From an uncultured Actinomycetota bacterium (lineage in GTDB: Bacteria; Actinomycetota; Actinomycetes; JBEVHX01): a stretch of 64,000 nt of DNA. Of the stretch, positions 59,594-64,000 are shown piece after piece (the stretch's first letter is position 1; each line of letters opens with the position of its first letter). The translations under genes were made by a program, and so were the position numbers. The notes under the pieces are model-generated. The model worked only from the letters and a program-made list of their open reading frames with translations, was not told the origin of the DNA and made no database searches. Location: positions 8,739 through 72,738 of the forward strand of contig CAWIIE010000014.1 in NCBI GenBank assembly GCA_963836025.1, written 5' to 3'.

Positions 59594-60733
59594 GTGGCTC
59601 GCGTGCGCATCCAAGCGGCAGTCTTGAACAGGTCCGGCGCAAGCAGGCCATATTCGACATCCGGGCCGCTCGAGGTCACAGAGCTGGAGCTCGACCCGCC
59701 CGGCCCGGGCGAAGTTCTCGTCCGCGTCGAGGCCGCCGGGCTGTGTCACTCCGACCTGTCGGTCGTGGACGGCAACCGACCCCGGCCGCTGCCGATGGCG
59801 CTTGGGCACGAGGCCGCGGGGATCGTGCTCGAGATCGGTGCAGGCGTCTACGACGTCGAGCCCGGCGATCACGTCGTCTGCGTCTACGTGCCGAGCTGCG
59901 GAGTCTGCCGACACTGCTCATCGGGTCGGCCCGCGCTCTGCGCCTCCGCGGCCCGCGCCAACGGCGCTGGCGACCTGATCCGCGGCGGCAGCCGACTGCG
60001 AGATCCGTCCGACGGTCGGGAGATTCGTCACCATCTCGGGGTCTCTGGTTTCGCGAGCCACGCCGTGGTCGATCGCAACACCCTCGTCGTCATCGAACCT
60101 GATGTGCCGTTCGAGGTCGCTGCACTCTTCGGCTGCGCCATGCTCACCGGGTTTGGCGCCGTGACGCATACCGCCGACGTTCGCCCCGGCAGTGCGGTCG
60201 CGGTCTTTGGTCTGGGGGGTGTCGGGCTTGCCACCGTCATGGCGGCGGCGTCCGCCGGCGCACAGCCGGTCGTGGCAGTCGACCCGATCCCCGCCAAGCG
60301 GCAGCTCGCGCTCGAGCTGGGCGCAACTCACGCATGTTCACCTGACGATGCCGACGATGTCGTTGCCCAGGTCGCACCAGGTGGCGTCGACTGGGCCTTC
60401 GAGGTCGTCGGTTCGGCCGCCGTGCTCGAGGCCGCATATGCGCTCACTGGACGCGGCGGCGGCACCGTCGCCATCGGCCTCCCCCACCCCGATGCAAAGC
60501 TCGTCTTGCCAGCACTGAGCATCGTGGCAGACAACCGCTCGATCCTCGGCTCATACATGGGCTCGGCCCAGCCCCAGCTCGACATTCCCGTGATGATCCG
60601 GCTGTGGCGCTCGGGTTGCCTGCCCGTCGATCGCCTGACGAGCGACGAGCTGCCGCTTGGCCACATCAACCGAGCCCTCGATGCCCTGGCCGACGGCACC
60701 GCGGTTCGTCAGGTTCTCCGTCCGGCGCACTAA
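59594..60733 (+). CDS. zinc-dependent alcohol dehydrogenase (class III / formaldehyde-dehydrogenase-like MDR)
   Basis: GLCHSDLSVVDG and GHEAAGIVLEIG (zinc ligands), CGVCRHCSSG (structural zinc), VAVFGLGGVGLATVMAA (Rossmann). Confidence 0.85.
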   Translation: MARVRIQAAVLNRSGASRPYSTSGPLEVTELELDPPGPGEVLVRVEAAGLCHSDLSVVDGNRPRPLPMALGHEAAGIVLEIGAGVYDVEPGDHVVCVYVPSCGVCRHCSSGRPALCASAARANGAGDLIRGGSRLRDPSDGREIRHHLGVSGFASHAVVDRNTLVVIEPDVPFEVAALFGCAMLTGFGAVTHTADVRPGSAVAVFGLGGVGLATVMAAASAGAQPVVAVDPIPAKRQLALELGATHACSPDDADDVVAQVAPGGVDWAFEVVGSAAVLEAAYALTGRGGGTVAIGLPHPDAKLVLPALSIVADNRSILGSYMGSAQPQLDIPVMIRLWRSGCLPVDRLTSDELPLGHINRALDALADGTAVRQVLRPAH

Positions 60734-60764
60734 CCAAAGCACGGCGATCAATCCGAGCCGGGAC

Positions 60765-60883
60765 CTAGCTGATGTCCATGACGTCGATCTGGCTGGCGTA
60801 CTTCTCGGCGATCGGCCGACGCTTGAGCTTCATGGTCGGAGTCAGCTCGTCGCTGTCGGGGCCCACCGCAGGCGGGGTTGACT
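60765..60883 (-). pseudogene. 3'-terminal stub (about 38 codons) of a long-chain fatty-acid--CoA ligase (ACSL/FadD15-type) gene
   Basis: The minus strand reads ...GPDSDELTPTMKLKRRPIAEKYASQIDVMDIS*, the conserved ACSL C-terminal motif. An in-frame TAG lies immediately upstream. The rest of the gene is absent and replaced by the STAND gene on the other strand. Confidence 0.4.
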
Positions 60884-60935
60884 AGAGAAGCGCCTGACAG
60901 CGACCACAGGGACCAGGGACACTGCACGCGAGGAA

Positions 60936-63617
60936 GTGTCGTACATCGTGGGGGGGCCCCGGGCAATGGAAGCACTCGCAGACGACCCACGACTGGTCGT
61001 CCCGATTCGGACGCCGGACCAGCGGCTGCGCGTCTTCGTGTCCTCGACGCTCGGCGAGTTGGCCGACGAACGGGCCGCTGTTCGACGAGCGGTCGAGGCG
61101 CTTCGGCTGACGCCCGTCATGTTCGAGATGGGGGCCCGACCACACCCACCACGCGCGCTGTACCGCGCATACCTCCAGCAGAGCCAGGTCTTCGTCGGCC
61201 TGTACTGGCAACGGTACGGATGGGTCGCGCCCGACGAGGCGGTGTCCGGACTCGAGGACGAATACCTGCTATCAGACGGGATGCCGCGTCTGGTCTACGT
61301 CAAGCGACCGGCCTCCGACCGTGAACCGCGACTCGGCGAGCTGCTCACGCGCATCCAGACCGACGACCAGCTCTCCTACCGTGCGTTCGCCGACACGGAG
61401 GAGCTTGAGCAGCTCGTGAAGGACGACCTCGTGGTCCTCCTCAGCGAGCGGTTCGCGGCAACCGGCAACGCACCAGGTGGCGGGTCGTGGCACCCAACGC
61501 GTGTGCCCCTTCCGTCGACCCCGACGTTCGGGCGCGACGCCGACATGGCCGCGGTCATGGCGGCTCTTGAGTCGGGGACCCGGCTGCTCACACTGGTGGG
61601 ACCAGGCGGAGTCGGCAAGAGCCGTCTCGCGCTTGAGGTGTGCCGGCGGGTGCAGTCCCGCTATGCCGACGGGGTCGTCTTCGTGCCGCTGGAGTCGGTG
61701 ACTGAGCCCGATTACGTGATGCGCGTGTTCGCCCGCAGCGTCGGAGCCGCCCTCGAGGGGAATCAGCCGGCGCTGGACGCCGCGATGAGACGCCTCAACG
61801 GACGCGCCTGTCTGCTCCTGGTCGACAACTTCGAGCAGGTCGTCGAGGCCGCACCCGAGCTTGGCAGGCTGATCGACGCTTGCCCGGGCGTCCAGGCGCT
61901 CGTCACAAGCCGTCGACCGCTACGGTTGCGCGGCGAGCGGGAACACCCCGTCGCGCCGTTGGACGTCCCGCCGGAAATCAGCACACTCGTGCCCGGGCAG
62001 CGCTTCTCACCCGAGCAAGCCGAGGCGTTCCCGTCGGTCGAGTTGTTCGTCGGCCGAGCGCAGGCCGTCCGACCCGACTTCCACCTCGACGGCCGCAACG
62101 GGAGTGACGTCGCCACGCTGGTCCGCTGCCTGGACGGCTTGCCGCTCGCTCTGGAGATCGCAGCCGCACGCACCCGGGTCTTGTCGCCGGGTGCCCTCGT
62201 CCAACGCCTGCTGAAGGACCAGGGGGTTCTCGGGACAGCAGCCGTCGACGTGCCTCTGAGGCAGCGGACGTTGCGCACCACGTTGGAGTGGAGCCACAGC
62301 CTTCTCACGCCGAGCCAACAGCGGTTGTTCGCAAGAATGAGCGTCTTCCCCGACGGCGCGACATTGGACGCGATCGACGCCGTGTGTGGCGACGCGGAGA
62401 CCGACGTGGTCGAAGGCGTGTCGGCCCTGCTCGAGAACAACCTCGTCCGGCAGGCGTCCGAGGCGGTGGACGGGCAGCCAAGAATCGCGATGCTGACAAC
62501 CGTCCACGGGTTCGCGCAGGAGCAGCTCGACGCATCTGACGAGGCCGATGTCCTCCGCGCGAGGATGGTCGACTGGTTCGTCGGGCAGGCCCAACTCGCC
62601 GACACCACCCTCGACCGGGCGGCACATCTGGCGTGGCCAGAACTCTTGCCCGATCTGCGAAACCTCCGCGCCGTCGCCTGGCTGCTGGTCGCCGATGGCG
62701 ACTGCGCCCGCCTTACCGGCTACATCTGGCACCTGTACGCCTTCTTGTGGCAATCCGGACTGACCAGCGGCGCCCTTGAATGGATCGAGCGCCTGAACGA
62801 TCTCGAATGCAGCCACGCCGATGACCAGCACCGCGCCCGGGCAGCGGGCCTGATCGCGATGGTCCGCCACCAGACCGGTGACTTCGACGGTGCGATGGAG
62901 GCGCTCAGCCTCGTCAACGTTGAGGCGGTTGAGGCCAGCGACCCGGCCGCGGCCGCGGTTCTCGAACTGTGCCGGGCCGTGACTTTGCCGTACTGGGACC
63001 GGATCGACGAGGCGCTCGTCGCGGCCGAGAATTCGGTGCGGGCAGCGCGGGCGTCCGGCTTCGCTTTCGCGGAGGGGTATGCGCTGGCGATCCAGGGTCT
63101 GGTCTCGCTCCTAGGCGGCGACATCGACCGTGGACTCGAGTTGAGCCGTGCTGCGCTTGATCTCGGCTCCGAGCTCGAGCTCGTGACCCTGATCGCGCAG
63201 CAGCACGGGATCTTGGCGCTGCACGCGGCAGGTCAGGGTGACGTCGCACAGGCCCGGTCCGGCTTGCGTGTCGCTCGCGACGTCCTCGGTGGCGACCGCG
63301 GCATCAACGAGCTGACGGCCCTGCTCGGCCACGCAGCCGTACTCGCAATGGTCGAAGGGCGGCCCGACGATGCGGTCCGCGCCCTGTCGTGCTCGGACGT
63401 GACTCTGCGACGACTGGGCCTGGGTAAGTGGCCCCTGTTCGAGCGTATGCGCGCAGGGATGGACGAGGCTGTGGCGGCGCAGGTCGGGGACCGCTACACC
63501 GCGCTCGTCGCGGAAGGGGCCGCGGCCGAGCCGTGGGCGTTGTTTGACCAGGTCGTGCAGGTCCCGATGAGCTCGGTCCAGGCTGCCGACCTCCGTCAGC
63601 CGGTTTCGACGTACTGA
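60936..63617 (+). CDS. STAND-class NTPase: N-terminal DUF4062-like domain + NB-ARC/AAA P-loop + C-terminal TPR-like array
   Basis: 893 aa. N-terminal RLRVFVSSTLGELADERAAVRRAVEAL...PVMFEMG...VFVGLYWQRYGW (DUF4062 pattern). Walker A LVGPGGVGKSRLA. Walker B LLLVDNFEQV. hhGR.Q motif VTSRRPL. Helical repeats to the C-terminus. Alternative start ATG 60966. Confidence 0.85.
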   Translation: MSYIVGGPRAMEALADDPRLVVPIRTPDQRLRVFVSSTLGELADERAAVRRAVEALRLTPVMFEMGARPHPPRALYRAYLQQSQVFVGLYWQRYGWVAPDEAVSGLEDEYLLSDGMPRLVYVKRPASDREPRLGELLTRIQTDDQLSYRAFADTEELEQLVKDDLVVLLSERFAATGNAPGGGSWHPTRVPLPSTPTFGRDADMAAVMAALESGTRLLTLVGPGGVGKSRLALEVCRRVQSRYADGVVFVPLESVTEPDYVMRVFARSVGAALEGNQPALDAAMRRLNGRACLLLVDNFEQVVEAAPELGRLIDACPGVQALVTSRRPLRLRGEREHPVAPLDVPPEISTLVPGQRFSPEQAEAFPSVELFVGRAQAVRPDFHLDGRNGSDVATLVRCLDGLPLALEIAAARTRVLSPGALVQRLLKDQGVLGTAAVDVPLRQRTLRTTLEWSHSLLTPSQQRLFARMSVFPDGATLDAIDAVCGDAETDVVEGVSALLENNLVRQASEAVDGQPRIAMLTTVHGFAQEQLDASDEADVLRARMVDWFVGQAQLADTTLDRAAHLAWPELLPDLRNLRAVAWLLVADGDCARLTGYIWHLYAFLWQSGLTSGALEWIERLNDLECSHADDQHRARAAGLIAMVRHQTGDFDGAMEALSLVNVEAVEASDPAAAAVLELCRAVTLPYWDRIDEALVAAENSVRAARASGFAFAEGYALAIQGLVSLLGGDIDRGLELSRAALDLGSELELVTLIAQQHGILALHAAGQGDVAQARSGLRVARDVLGGDRGINELTALLGHAAVLAMVEGRPDDAVRALSCSDVTLRRLGLGKWPLFERMRAGMDEAVAAQVGDRYTALVAEGAAAEPWALFDQVVQVPMSSVQAADLRQPVSTY

Positions 63618-63870
63618 CCCTGCGGTCCTAGGCGCCGGTAGGAGCAGTCGGCGGTTCGACCCGTCGTGCGGGTTTCACGCCGTATGGATCGTGCTGCGCT
63701 CGGCCCATCGACCACGCGCTGCAAGGCCGGCAGCTGTGTTTGCTGTTCGTGTCTCGGGTCGCCCATCGACTGCATGCGCCCCTGTCATGCGCGCCGCCCG
63801 CTCATCGGAAGAGTAGTGATCCGTCGAGCCGGCTCTGGCGCCCGTCGGGTCTGCGGACCATCGTTGCGGC

Positions 63871-64000
63871 ATGGCCACGGTTGATCTCGCGACGGCGGTC
63901 GAACGGACGCCCCTGGTCGGTCATGTCGGTAAGTCGGGCGCCGGGCTCGAGCGGGTGGTGCTCGCCGACGGTCGGCGGCTGATCGTGAAGCGGCTCTCAG
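63871..64000 (+). CDS. phosphotransferase (APH / protein-kinase-like fold), 5' end only
   Basis: MATVDLATAVERTPLVGHVGKSGAGLERVVLADGRRLIVKRLS resembles the APH N-terminal G.SGA.V.R motif. It runs off the window. Confidence 0.45.
   Translation, partial: MATVDLATAVERTPLVGHVGKSGAGLERVVLADGRRLIVKRLS

Noticed and set aside
61763-62870. Minus-strand ORFs of 281 and 287 aa
   Set aside because: They are antisense to the STAND NTPase gene, which has unambiguous Walker motifs in the plus frame.
63666-63884. 72-aa Cys-rich ORF downstream of the STAND gene
   Set aside because: It has poor third-position GC (tca, cgt, gat, tgt, gtt, gga, aga, gta codons) in a lower-GC spacer. It is probably non-coding leader sequence of the APH-like gene.
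1-64000. Mobile-element genes (transposase, integrase, recombinase)
   Set aside because: No DDE, HUH or tyrosine-recombinase motifs were recognised in any frame. The insertion evidence rests only on the ACSL stub and the duplicated module.

Overview
High-GC (about 70%) actinobacterial-type chromosomal segment, densely coding, with about 60 genes supported on both strands. I found no rRNA, CRISPR array, transposase or integrase. Most genes are accessory metabolism and regulation. Metabolic genes include an acyl-CoA dehydrogenase, a dimethylglycine/sarcosine-dehydrogenase-like flavoenzyme next to an aquaporin, a PrpE-like acyl-CoA synthetase, a LigAB-type extradiol dioxygenase next to a MetE-like methyltransferase and an amidohydrolase, a davBA-like amino-acid 2-monooxygenase plus amidase pair, a formamidase, two BBE-like FAD oxidases, and several SDR, MDR, VOC and SAM-methyltransferase genes. 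Regulators include two ECF sigma/anti-sigma pairs and TetR, LysR, PadR, two HxlR-type and one LAL/LuxR-type regulators. Notable items: (i) an 893-aa STAND NTPase (DUF4062-like N-domain, NB-ARC P-loop, TPR) that abuts the 3' stub of a destroyed long-chain acyl-CoA ligase gene, which marks an insertion boundary; (ii) a 1120-aa secreted protein made of eight tandem PPC-like repeats, downstream of the LAL regulator; (iii) an unannotatable trio of a 24-aa hydrophobic peptide, a beta-repeat protein and a 400-aa hypothetical protein; (iv) a 1059-aa MFS, cNMP-binding and patatin fusion (Rv3239c-like); (v) a duplicated thioesterase plus racemase-tail module about 29 kb apart; (vi) at least four frameshifted genes and three gene remnants; (vii) a tRNA-Ala-like fragment in an otherwise empty 320-nt gap. 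All domain and family assignments come from reading the translations by eye. No database search was run.
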